Assembly: GCA_963788195.1 (NCBI GenBank)
Contig: CAWBGA010000017.1
Coordinates: 672,001 to 736,000 of the forward strand
Reading direction: 5' to 3'
Source of the DNA: Nitrospirota bacterium
GTDB lineage: Bacteria > Nitrospirota > Nitrospiria > Nitrospirales > NS-4
DNA length: 64,000 nt
In this document: piece after piece, positions 51,048 through 60,681 of the stretch
Layout: the number at the start of each line of letters is the position of its first letter
Numbering within the stretch: position 1 is the first letter of the stretch
The notes under the pieces: model-generated
What the model saw: only the letters and a program-made list of their open reading frames with translations
Told to the model about the DNA's origin: nothing
Database searches by the model: none
Translations under genes and position numbers: made by a program

Positions 51048-51211
51048 AGACCCAAGTATGGCCTAATAGTGCCGATTTCCTCAAGAGGCGTTGTGGATCG
51101 CCGGCTTGCGCGTATGGACTTTTTCGCTCCGGCCCACCGAATTTTGTCCGTTGTTCCGACGCCCAGCCTGACCCAGAGTGATCAGATGCCGGAAGGAAAA
51201 GGAGGTCCAAA

Positions 51212-51712
51212 ATGAAGAGACATCTTACACTTATCGTGCTGGTGGCTCTCTTGACCGTGACAGGGGCGATAGCCGCGGTCGACGATACCGCCAGACACAT
51301 CTCGGACGGCATTAAAGTGACGATGAATTACACCGTGTCGGCTCCTGAAAAGCACCTGGCGGTGACGACGGAGGGTCAAGCGCCCCTGTCGTATGTTGTC
51401 GGCAGCGGACAAATGAATCCCGTGTTGGAACGGGCTCTGTACGGGCTTGCGCCCGGTGATAAGACTCAGGTGGTACTGACCCCTGACCAAGGGTTCGGCC
51501 CCTACGATGACTCGAAAAAGATCACCGTGCCCAAGGAAAATCTTCCACCCGAGATTCAAGAAGGGGTGATCCTGAATGCGCCAACAGGCGAGTTGGTGAC
51601 GGTTGCGGCAATTGAGGATGACTCAGTGGTCCTTGACCTTAATCATCCCTTTGCAGGCCAGAACCTGATCTTTGATATCCATATCCTGGAGGTCGAAAAA
51701 GTTACACAATAA
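51212..51712 (+). CDS. FKBP-type peptidyl-prolyl isomerase (SlyD/SlpA-like) with signal peptide
   Basis: PLSYVVGSG...LERAL...PDQGFG...LDLNHPFAGQNLIFDI. Confidence 0.85.
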   Translation: MKRHLTLIVLVALLTVTGAIAAVDDTARHISDGIKVTMNYTVSAPEKHLAVTTEGQAPLSYVVGSGQMNPVLERALYGLAPGDKTQVVLTPDQGFGPYDDSKKITVPKENLPPEIQEGVILNAPTGELVTVAAIEDDSVVLDLNHPFAGQNLIFDIHILEVEKVTQ

Positions 51713-51724
51713 CGAATCCCATCA

Positions 51725-51910
51725 CCAAAACCATTCCGGGGTGGCGGGCGGTAGAACGGCCGTCCGCTACCCGACCGCTGAGCGGAGTAGCGCCGCTACT
51801 TGCGCCTGTCATTGGTTTCGGTCCTCCGCTCCTAGCGCCTGGTCTAGAATCTTCATGCTCTTCGATGCCCGTGATGACCACCGAAGTCGGCAGGCTCATT
51901 GCACGGTGCA
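51725..51910 (-). pseudogene. Degenerate 3' fragment of an aldo/keto reductase
   Basis: 51841-51909 closely matches ~57709-57777 (AMSLPTSVVITGIE). Confidence 0.65.
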
Positions 51911-51934
51911 TCGCAGAACGACGAGGAGGTGGCC

Positions 51935-52267
51935 ATGGAAAAGATGGCGGGTTTACAGAAGAGCTCCCCAAAAGTCTTCTTGAGTGTGCTTGCCGCGGTT
52001 TCGATCCTGTGGACAGCCTCATCGGTTCATGCGGTCGGACCCTACTTCGAAAACGAAAGTTCGCCAAATGGGCAGAATCAAGGTCCGAATCCCACTTGGC
52101 CGAGCCCGCACGCGCCCTTGTGGTCGCCGCCCAATCCAGAGATTTTGACCATAGAATCACTGAAGAAGGGCCAGATAATTTTGCGGAACTCTAAGGAATC
52201 AAGTACAGCAGCAACCAAGGCTCCAGACGCAGCAGATAAGACGCACAGGAAGGTTGCTCAGCGCTGA
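51935..52267 (+). CDS. Small secreted hypothetical protein
   Basis: GAGGAGGT RBS; signal peptide ending SVHA. Confidence 0.55.
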   Translation: MEKMAGLQKSSPKVFLSVLAAVSILWTASSVHAVGPYFENESSPNGQNQGPNPTWPSPHAPLWSPPNPEILTIESLKKGQIILRNSKESSTAATKAPDAADKTHRKVAQR

Positions 52268-52490
52268 TGGCAAGGAGGACGCCATTCGCACGATTTCTAC
52301 CACGGTGGATGACACGAAATGCTCAATGAAATCAACCGCGGCGAAGTCAGGGCGCTACTGCTTGGCTGAATCTCTGCTGTGCTGCAAGGACAGAAGCCTG
52401 GACAACCGACACCGGAGGCCGAGTCACCTAGGTGGCTCCACCGAAGGTGAATCAAAATGAATCCTCATCGCTTTCATGCGAGATTTGAAG

Positions 52491-54060
52491 TCACTTCAGG
52501 AAAGCCATAAGAATAGAACCGCCGATCAGCAAGGCTGCTATGATGCCGGCCGCGGCCAGCAGGCGGTTGGCGCGCATGACCAGATGTTGGAGTTCATCGA
52601 ACTGGCTCAGTTCTACGCGAATTTTCAGATTCCCGGTCTTCGCCGCATAGATTCCGCGGCGTATCTCCTTGGGCAGGTCGGCGAATAACTCCAAATATTG
52701 CGTGAGAATTTTCAGTCCGCGTTTCCCTAAGGCTTGCGGAGATAACTTGTCGATGACAACCTCATGAAGGATGGGTTGTACCGCGCCCATGATGTCAAAA
52801 CCCGGGTCGAGCTTCTTGAATGCGCCTTCCATCGAGACAAACACTTTGAGCAGCATGGCTTGATCCGGGGGCATCGTGAGCTTGTTGTCTCGGACCAAAC
52901 TCAACAAGTCCCCAACCATGGCCGACAAATCCATGAGGGCCATCGGATTTTCCGGCATATTTGCCGAGAAACTCCTCAACGGCTTCTGACAGGTCCCCTG
53001 GGTCGTCTCCTTCTCTGCCGGACCATTCCAAAAGAACCATGGACAGCCCCTCGGCGTCGTTGTCCAGCAACGCCTGCAGCAGCGTCATAATCTGTCGCCG
53101 TCTGACCTCAGAGACGCGTCCGATCATGCCAAAGTCGATGAAGGCAATGCGTTCACCAGGCAAGATGAAGAAATTCCCCGGGTGCGGATCGGCATGGAAC
53201 AGCCCGTCTATCATGATCATTTTGAGCACCGCACTCGCCCCGGTTTGGGCAATGCGTTTGCGGTCCATTCCGGCCGCATCGATGGCTCGAATGTCCACTC
53301 CAGGGATTCCATCCACAAATTCCTGGACATTGATCCGTTGCCTCGTCCATTCCCAATAGATTTTGGGAATGACGATTTGCTCGTGGCCTTCAAAATTGGC
53401 CGCGACCTGGTCGGCTTGGTGTCCTTCCGTCATGAAGTTGAGTTCATTCTGGAGCGACTTCACGAAGTGCTGGACGACCTTTTGAGGGTGATAGGTGGCC
53501 AACTCAGGCACATGCTTTTCGGCCAACGACGCCAGATGGGCTATCAGGCGCATGTCGGATTCAATTATCGGCCGGATCCCGGGGCGTTGAATCTTGAGCA
53601 CCACTTGCGTCCCGTCCTTCAAGGTCGCCCGGTGAACCTGCGCCAAGGAAGCGGCCGCGAGTGGTGTGGTTTCGACCTCTGCAAAGATCTCTTCGAGCGG
53701 TGCCCCCAGATCTTCCTCGACCTGAGGACGAAGCTCGGCAAAATCCAGCGGGGGGGCTTGCCATTGGAGTTTTTCGAATTCAGTGATCCACTCGGGTCCG
53801 AAGAGGTCAGGGCGAGTCGCAAGAATCTGGCCAAGCTTGACAAAGGTCGGTCCGAGGACTTCAAAAACCCGGCGTACACGTTGGGGATGTTCAAGGTGTG
53901 CGATGTCATCTACGTGCTTCCAACCCATGATCTTGCCTGTGTATTCAGTAGCGACTTCAAGACCCATGTGTTTGAACAGATCCCCGAAGCCGGCAATGCT
54001 GAAGACCCGGATGATTTCGCGCAGCCGATTCAGCTCCGCCATTGTGGATTTGATTGCCAT
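52491..54060 (-). CDS. UbiB/AarF (ABC1) atypical kinase, one frameshift near 52950
   Basis: LGPTFVKLGQ, AAASLAQVHRA, VLKIQRP, FHADPHPGN, IDFGM. C-terminus in 52491..52979. Confidence 0.88.
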
Positions 54061-54120
54061 GATCCAGCTCTAATTCTCGTGACGCGAGACGCTGCCAGAG
54101 ACAGGTCGTCGGGATGAAAT

Positions 54121-54561
54121 TTATGACTTGCCCTTCTGCCTATTGTCACGTCTTGATGGCTGGGCCTTTTTCATCTCAGCACGGGCCTCAGACACTAGGT
54201 CGTCGAATTGCTCACCGGCTTCCGTCAGAGCTTCTTCCGCAGCGCCGTATACGCGGAACGCCTCCTTAATGAGACTTTTTGCGGTGGGCCTAAGTTGCGC
54301 GGCTATGCCTGTATCATTACGATGTTTTTTAGCGCGAGCTATGATCTCCTCCTTGTGCCTATTGTCAGCTCTTGATGGCTGGGCCTTTTTCATCTCAGCA
54401 CGGGCCTCAGACACTAAGTCGTCGAATTGCTCACCGGCTTCCGTCAGAGCTTCTTCCGCAGCGCCGTATACGCGGAGCGCCTCTTTGATGAGACTTTTTG
54501 CGCTGGGGCTAAGTTGCGCGGCTATGCCTGTATCGTTACGATGTTTTTTAGCGCGAGCCAT
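54121..54561 (-). CDS. Tandemly duplicated DUF5132-like protein
   Basis: Two near-identical 73-aa units (AKSLIKEA..YG..EAGEQFDDLVSEARAE). Confidence 0.65.
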   Translation of the reverse strand: MARAKKHRNDTGIAAQLSPSAKSLIKEALRVYGAAEEALTEAGEQFDDLVSEARAEMKKAQPSRADNRHKEEIIARAKKHRNDTGIAAQLRPTAKSLIKEAFRVYGAAEEALTEAGEQFDDLVSEARAEMKKAQPSRRDNRQKGKS

Positions 54562-54571
54562 GATCTCCTCC
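54124..54571. repeat. Direct tandem duplication, 2 x 219 bp, including the RBS
   Basis: GGAGGAGATC-ATG-GCTCGC at 54561 versus GGAGGAGATC-ATA-GCTCGC at 54342. Confidence 0.92.
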
Positions 54572-54700
54572 GTAAACTGTTTTCACTAACATAGTCCAAT
54601 AGGATTTGTTTTTTAGCTATTCCTATAAAGCCCTAGCAATTGTCCATGACACATGGCAGTGCGACATTCCATGCTGATCTCCTATCTCATGCGGGTTTTG

Positions 54701-54928
54701 CTAGGGCTGGCGTAACGGAATCGCGGCGTAACGCGTCGAATCAGCGAACCCATCCCATCTGTCCTGTTCTTTCATCCCGCCAAGCCTGAGTGAAGAAAGC
54801 TTCGCCCTGGGCTTCCCGTGCAGCCAGTACATGATGAGCAGGATGAACAGAAGCACGACGACTTGCGCGATCGCAAGCGCCAGGCTTCCAGCGCGTATCA
54901 AGAACTGAGTCAGGAGCTTGGGTCTCAT
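54701..54928 (-). CDS. Small single-TM hypothetical protein, first ORF after P10
   Basis: AAGGAG RBS; one hydrophobic helix. Confidence 0.5.
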   Translation of the reverse strand: MRPKLLTQFLIRAGSLALAIAQVVVLLFILLIMYWLHGKPRAKLSSLRLGGMKEQDRWDGFADSTRYAAIPLRQP

Positions 54929-54986
54929 GGTGTTCTCCTTCGACCGGGGATCTCCGTCCGAGCATTCCTTTCACTCAAAAAGTGGA

Positions 54987-55143
54987 GCAAAGGCTGTTCC
55001 AAAGAGTGGCCGAAACTAAACTCGTCACTAAACTGCTTGAAGAATTGAGGTGCTGGTCTCGACAGCCGTCGAGATCGCTGATTGGGACTATGAATGGGCG
55101 AATGTGCTGTGCCGATATTTCGGCAACTGCCAAAATGTCGGCA
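54987..55143 (-). promoter_or_regulatory. Sigma-54 promoter P10, close copy of P2
   Basis: TGGAAC-AGCCT-TTGC at 54987-55001. IHF-like CTTCAAGCAGTTT at 55030-55042. TGCCGATATTTCGGCA (55110-55125) and TGCCAAAATGTCGGCA (55128-55143). Confidence 0.87.
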
Positions 55144-55187
55144 GCAGCGGACACTTCTCCAAGACTAAGCAGAAGGATTCGTCGGGC

Positions 55188-57026
55188 TTACCACTGCTTC
55201 TGTCCAAGCGCGCGGTCGAGATTAAAGGCCGCGCTGATCAAGGCGATATGCGTGAAGCCCTGGGGAAAGTTGCCCAGGGCTTCGCCGCTTGGTCCCGTTT
55301 GTTCGGCATATAGTCCGAGGTGGTTCGCATACCCCAGCATTCGTTCGAACAGCAATCGCGCCTCGTCGACCTTCTTGCGTTCGATCCTGCCGGCGCGCGT
55401 TAGGGCCTCTACCAGCCAGAATGTGCATATATTGAAGGTGCCTTCATCGCCCGTCAGCCCATCCTCTCCCTTTGCTGCGTCGTACCTGTACACCAAACCG
55501 TCGTTCACCAAGCCGCCCTCGCTAGATCCTCGGTTAATAGTCTCGATCGTCTTTAGCATCCGGGGGTCGGTAGGAGACATGAAAAAGACTAGCGGCATGA
55601 TCAGGTTCGAGGCATCCAGGGACTCGCTGTCGTAGTGCTGGACAAACGCTTGACGCTTTTCGTTCCATCCTTTGAGTATCACCTCTTCATAGATTTTGTC
55701 ACGGGCGTCAAGCCAGCGGGAGCGCTCGGCCGGGAACGATCGCTTCTCAGCCAAGCGCACGCCGCGGTCGAGGGCCACCCAACACATGACCTTCGAATAG
55801 ACGAAGTGGCGTCGCCCGCCACGAACCTCCCAGATCCCCTCGTCCGGGAACTGCCAATGGTCGCACAGCCAATTGAGCCTCCGCCTTACCCGACTCCACA
55901 CATCGTAAGAGATCGGCATGACGTGTTTGTTGTAGAGGTACAGCGAATCCAGCAGTTCACCATAGATGTCCAACTGTAGTTGAGAGTACGCTCCATTACC
56001 GATCCGAACAGGTCGTGAGCCTTTGTACCCTTCCAAATGGTCGAGCGTTTGCTCGTTTAGATCTCGGCGGCCATCGATGCCATACACGATCTGAAGCGGC
56101 GAATCCCCATTGTCGTCCAGACTCAGGGTTTCCATCCACTTCATGAAATCGGTCGCTTCCGTCCTAAAACCGATCCGCAGGAGGGCGTAGAGGCTAAAGG
56201 CAGCATCCCTGAGCCACGTGTATCGATAGTCCCAATTTCGCCCGCCACCGATCATCTCGGGCAGACTACACGTTGGGGCGGCGATGATCCCTCCCGTGGG
56301 TTCAAACGTGAGCAGCTTGAGGACGAGCGCCGAGCGGTAGACCATCTCGCGCCACCGTCCGGCGTAAGTGCATTGCGAGAGCCAGCGGTGCCAAAACTCG
56401 ACCGTGCCCTCGAAGAGCTCCTGCGCTTCGCCCTCGGAAGGACACCATCCACACCCTTCATCAGGCTGGATGCTCCTAAGACCGAAAATCGCGCTTTGCC
56501 CTTCCTGCAGGGTAAAGGTCGCCTCAACACCTTCTCGCACACCTATAAGTGGGATGTCGGTGGCTAGACCTAAACTGAGCTGCAAGGAGTGGAAAGTCAC
56601 GCCCTGCTTGTGGATCCTGACGTCATGAGGCGCGCGGGCGTAGTCGAAGGCCGGATGACATTGCATCCGAAACTCCAAACTTCCGCGGATGCCCTTGACC
56701 CGTCGAATTAGTTGATTCTGCCAGGAGGACCTCCCGGCGAAGCTTACGGGCATGAAATCCTGAATCTCGCCGACGCCGTCCGGTGAGAGGAACCGCGTGA
56801 TCAAAATGTTCGTGTCCGGCCAATAGAGCTGTTTGGTAGTGGTCCCTTCGCGTACGGGAGCGATTTGGAAGCGGCCCCCCTTTTTATCATCGAGGATGGC
56901 GCCAAAGACACTCGGGGAGTCGAAGTGGGGGAAGCAGAACCAGTCGATCGAGCCGTTCAGGCCGATCAAGGCCACCGTTCGCATATTGCCGATGATGCCG
57001 TAGTTCTGAATCGGCTGATAGGTCAT
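55188..57026 (-). CDS. Glycoside hydrolase family 15 (glucoamylase/trehalase-like)
   Basis: [43 protein letters not shown]; start ATG 57026. Confidence 0.92.
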   Translation of the reverse strand: MTYQPIQNYGIIGNMRTVALIGLNGSIDWFCFPHFDSPSVFGAILDDKKGGRFQIAPVREGTTTKQLYWPDTNILITRFLSPDGVGEIQDFMPVSFAGRSSWQNQLIRRVKGIRGSLEFRMQCHPAFDYARAPHDVRIHKQGVTFHSLQLSLGLATDIPLIGVREGVEATFTLQEGQSAIFGLRSIQPDEGCGWCPSEGEAQELFEGTVEFWHRWLSQCTYAGRWREMVYRSALVLKLLTFEPTGGIIAAPTCSLPEMIGGGRNWDYRYTWLRDAAFSLYALLRIGFRTEATDFMKWMETLSLDDNGDSPLQIVYGIDGRRDLNEQTLDHLEGYKGSRPVRIGNGAYSQLQLDIYGELLDSLYLYNKHVMPISYDVWSRVRRRLNWLCDHWQFPDEGIWEVRGGRRHFVYSKVMCWVALDRGVRLAEKRSFPAERSRWLDARDKIYEEVILKGWNEKRQAFVQHYDSESLDASNLIMPLVFFMSPTDPRMLKTIETINRGSSEGGLVNDGLVYRYDAAKGEDGLTGDEGTFNICTFWLVEALTRAGRIERKKVDEARLLFERMLGYANHLGLYAEQTGPSGEALGNFPQGFTHIALISAAFNLDRALGQKQW

Positions 57027-57033
57027 AGTAGCC

Positions 57034-57432
57034 TCAGCGCTGCGGCGCGTCTTTGCCGAGCGCAGCGTCGACGCTCCAAATACCTGAGCCTCGCGCTGAG
57101 ATGTACAAGAAGACGAAGCAATACAATGCTGCGAGTTCCCCCTTGTTTTGAATGGGAAAGAGCGCTTGGGTGCCATGTGCCATCCAATAGGCAAAGGCCA
57201 TGAGACCGCTGCACAGGAATGCCGCCCACCCCGTGTAGAGGCCGACCATGACTAGAATTCCTCCCACCAGCTCGATGGGACTGGCAATGTAAATTATAAA
57301 TGGGGGCACGCCGGGCGGAGGTGCAACAGGAAACGCAAACAGCTTCTGAGTCCCGTGCCACAGAAATAACAGACCGGTGACAATGCGCATCATTGCGTAT
57401 GTTTGCGGAACGAACCGTTGCATGAATGTCAT
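57034..57432 (-). CDS. DoxX-family membrane protein
   Basis: [16 protein letters not shown]...ELVGG...GSGIWSVD. Confidence 0.88.
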   Translation of the reverse strand: MTFMQRFVPQTYAMMRIVTGLLFLWHGTQKLFAFPVAPPPGVPPFIIYIASPIELVGGILVMVGLYTGWAAFLCSGLMAFAYWMAHGTQALFPIQNKGELAALYCFVFLYISARGSGIWSVDAALGKDAPQR

Positions 57433-57547
57433 AGTTCCTCCTGTTGCGGATATCGATGCTGTCACCCGCTCGACCACTCCGGTAACGGCAAAAACTCAGA
57501 GAAAGACTCCAGGCCCAAGAGTCAATGGCCAGTAACTGCGGTCCTAC

Positions 57548-58594
57548 TTAGCCAAGCCACTCAGGGTGAGTGGCGGTGCTGTCGAACTTCGGCGTCGTCT
57601 TGAATTGCTCATACCCTCCATCCGCGGCGGCCTGTGCCGTGCGTTTGAGAAGGGCCGTTGACTGCGCCTGGGTCAACGGCTTGAAGGTCCTGACCGCTTC
57701 CAGGGCCTGGTCTAGAATCTGCATGCTCTCGATGCCCGTGATGACCACAGAGGTCGGCAGACTCATTGCATAGTGCAGGCATTGAATCGGGTTCACCACT
57801 CCACTGTCTAGAATGATCTTGTCGCCCATCGACTTCATGCCGAGCACCCCAATCTGTTCCTTAACGAGCAGAGGCACAACCTGATGCTGAAAGCTCCGAA
57901 AATGCGCGTCCATGAGATTCAGAGGCATCTGAACGGCGTCAAAACGATAGCCATGTTTCTTGGCGACCTCCAACATCCTTAGATGAACCAGAGGGTCTTT
58001 ATGCCCCGTGAAGCCAATGTAACGGATCTTGCCGGACTTTTGCGCGTCGAGCAGGGCATCCTGAGCGCCATCCTCAGCGAAGATGCGGTCGGGATCCTCC
58101 AGGCGAATGACCTCATGATGCTGGAGCAGATCGATATGGTCCGTCTGCAGCCGCTTGAGGGAATCCTCGATCTGCTTGGCGGCCTCTTTCTTTGTACGGC
58201 CGTCAATTTTGGTCATCAGAAAGACCTTCTCTCGATACCCGTCCTGGAGAGCCTTGCCCATGCGGATCTCGCTGCCCCCGTCATGGTAATCCCAACTGTT
58301 GTCCATGAAGGTGATCCCGTGGTCGATTGCGCGCCGGACAATGCCGATGCCCTCCTGCTCGTCACTTGGCCGTCCAATGTGATGTCCGCCGAGTCCGATG
58401 AGGGAAACCTGTTCGCCTGTACGCCCGAGGGTTCGGTAGAGCATGTCCCCTTTGCGCACCGACGCAGGGGTCGGTATACGCACCCTAGATGGCCGGGCCG
58501 CGGCAGCTGATTGGCCGGCCAGGACGCCGAATCCTGCGCCCGCACCCGCCAGGGAGACACTGAGCTTTAGAAAAGTTCGTCGGGTACTGTCCAT
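57548..58594 (-). CDS. Aldo/keto reductase with Tat signal
   Basis: STRRTFLK; YRTLGRTG, DNSWDY, FLMTK, IGFTGH. Confidence 0.88.
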   Translation of the reverse strand: MDSTRRTFLKLSVSLAGAGAGFGVLAGQSAAAARPSRVRIPTPASVRKGDMLYRTLGRTGEQVSLIGLGGHHIGRPSDEQEGIGIVRRAIDHGITFMDNSWDYHDGGSEIRMGKALQDGYREKVFLMTKIDGRTKKEAAKQIEDSLKRLQTDHIDLLQHHEVIRLEDPDRIFAEDGAQDALLDAQKSGKIRYIGFTGHKDPLVHLRMLEVAKKHGYRFDAVQMPLNLMDAHFRSFQHQVVPLLVKEQIGVLGMKSMGDKIILDSGVVNPIQCLHYAMSLPTSVVITGIESMQILDQALEAVRTFKPLTQAQSTALLKRTAQAAADGGYEQFKTTPKFDSTATHPEWLG

Positions 58595-58792
58595 AAGACC
58601 TCTCCAGAATCATTCCAATCTGAATCGGCCCCCGAAGCCTGGGCAGCTATGCCAGTTATCTAGATGGCCTGCTGACATTCGGAGCCTTGAAATAGTGTAT
58701 GTCAAGATGAGTCCCGGCTCTATAGGAGCATCGGAGGAGGTTATACCCTACGATCGATTAGAGTTGCGGTGATCCTGAAACAACCGGAGAAG

Positions 58793-60319
58793 TTATGTGG
58801 ACAGACGAGGAGGGCCGACGTCTCTAAAGCGACTTCGCGGAAAGGAATCACGCGGAATATCAGGCGCGGCCTGTTTTAACGCCACCGTTTTTTCATAGAG
58901 CTGGACGTATTCTCGCGCAGATTGTTCCCACGAAAAATCCTGCCGCATTCCTCTCCGCATCAGCCGCTTCCACTCGTCTTCATCGCGGAATACCTGGAGC
59001 GCCAGAAGGATCGTGCTGTAGAGAACTTCTGCATGAGGTGACTCAAAGACAAAGCCGGTGCCTTTGCCCTTTTTGTCACCGGGTCGATAGGGCGCCACGG
59101 TGTCCGCCAGGCCACCTGTCTTCCGAACAATCGGCACGGTGCCGTAAGTAAGGCTGTAGAGCTGATTCAGCCCGCAGGGTTCGTAGCGAGAGGGCATCAG
59201 GAACAGGTCAGCGCCGGCTTCAATACGGTGCGCCAAGCCCTCATCGAAACCGAGGCGAGCGACGAACTTCCCCTGGAAGCGTTCCTGCAGGACCGTCAAT
59301 GCTTTCTCCGAGACGGGATCGCCGCTGCCGAGCAGGACCATCTGTACGTCGAGGTCCAACAGCTCCGGGAGGATGTCCAGAATGAGGTCGATTCCTTTCT
59401 GCGCAACAAGCCGTGTGACGACGCCGATCACGGGTACCTTACGCGACGGCAGTTTCATCTCACGTTGAAGCGATGCCTTACATGTCCTTTTACCGGCTGG
59501 GTCCTTCGCGGAGTACCGTGCGGGCAAGTATGTATCCGTCGACGGATTCCACTGCTCATAGTCGATGCCGTTAATGATGCCGAACAACCTCTCCTTGCGG
59601 GTCTGCAGCACCCCTGCCAGGCCGTACCCGAGCTCTGCCGTTTGAATTTCACGGGCGTACGTGGGACTCACGGTGTTCAACATATCTGCATCTACGATTC
59701 CGCCCTTGAGCAGATTCACCTGACCAAAGAACTCCAGCCGATCCGGCGTGTACTCTGACCATGGCAGCCCGGTCACTAAAAACTCCATCGCCGGAAAGAT
59801 TCCCTGATAGCCGAGATTGTGGATCGTAAATAAAGCGCGGCAGGAATCCCACCACTTGTCGTTCTGATACAGGGTCTTCAGATACACCACAGCAAGCGCA
59901 GCCTGCCAGTCATGCGCATGCAGCACGTCAGGCTTCCAATTCAGTGCGCGACAGACCTCCAAGGCAGCTCGAGAAAACAGGGCAAATCGCGCGAGATTAT
60001 CCGGGTAATCACGTCCTGGCTCGCCGTAGAGGGCCGGCCGGTCGAAGAAAGGATCGTATCGCACCAGGATGAGAGGGACATCGTTCAGCGTTCCCGTCTC
60101 GATGGTGATCTCGATGGGCACAGGTGTGGCCGGTATTGGGAGTGTGCGAATTTCGGCCAGGTCTTTGACCAGATCGCCGACGTCTTTATAGCGCGGCAGC
60201 ACCAACCTGACATCGTGCCCGAGGCAGACAAGCTCCCGCGAGAGAGCTCCTACGACGTCCGCCAGTCCACCCGTCTTGGCAAGAGGAACCGCCTCGCTCG
60301 CTACCATCAAGATCTTCAC
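58793..60319 (-). CDS. glgA: Glycogen synthase
   Basis: KTGGLADV, HAHDWQ, FTIHNLGYQG, MPSRYEPCGLNQ. Confidence 0.95.
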   Translation of the reverse strand: MKILMVASEAVPLAKTGGLADVVGALSRELVCLGHDVRLVLPRYKDVGDLVKDLAEIRTLPIPATPVPIEITIETGTLNDVPLILVRYDPFFDRPALYGEPGRDYPDNLARFALFSRAALEVCRALNWKPDVLHAHDWQAALAVVYLKTLYQNDKWWDSCRALFTIHNLGYQGIFPAMEFLVTGLPWSEYTPDRLEFFGQVNLLKGGIVDADMLNTVSPTYAREIQTAELGYGLAGVLQTRKERLFGIINGIDYEQWNPSTDTYLPARYSAKDPAGKRTCKASLQREMKLPSRKVPVIGVVTRLVAQKGIDLILDILPELLDLDVQMVLLGSGDPVSEKALTVLQERFQGKFVARLGFDEGLAHRIEAGADLFLMPSRYEPCGLNQLYSLTYGTVPIVRKTGGLADTVAPYRPGDKKGKGTGFVFESPHAEVLYSTILLALQVFRDEDEWKRLMRRGMRQDFSWEQSAREYVQLYEKTVALKQAAPDIPRDSFPRSRFRDVGPPRLST

Positions 60320-60325
60320 GGAATG

Positions 60326-60679
60326 TTACTCGGAAGGCTTGAATTGGAAGTAAAACTTCTTGCCCCAGCCGGCGAGTTGATCGGTCATGAACCCCAAGGG
60401 GAGGGCAGTCCGCCCATTATCGCGCGTGATCGTATCGCCACCCAAAGGCCCGCCCTGCAGGAACCCTTTGTCGGCCGTCTCGAAAAATACGAAGAGGATG
60501 GCCTGGCCCTGGAAGTTCACCCATTCTATCGAGTCCGGCTGTCCAAAGGACTGCACGACCTCGGGCAGCGTCATCCCTTTCTTGAGCACAGATCGATCAA
60601 CGACCGCCCAGGACAGAGGCGCGCAGACACCGCTCCAGAGCGCGAGCACAAGGAAGATTTTGAACACTGCGTTCCCCAT
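60326..60679 (-). CDS. Small secreted hypothetical protein
   Basis: Signal peptide; LKKGMTLPEVVQSFGQP (SmpA/BamE-like start); in operon context. Confidence 0.65.
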   Translation of the reverse strand: MGNAVFKIFLVLALWSGVCAPLSWAVVDRSVLKKGMTLPEVVQSFGQPDSIEWVNFQGQAILFVFFETADKGFLQGGPLGGDTITRDNGRTALPLGFMTDQLAGWGKKFYFQFKPSE

Positions 60680-60681
60680 GA

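Noticed and set aside
58636..58660. Sigma-54 promoter for the AKR-DoxX-GH15 genes
   Set aside because: TGGCAT-AGC-TGC has the wrong GG-to-GC spacing and no enhancer pair nearby.
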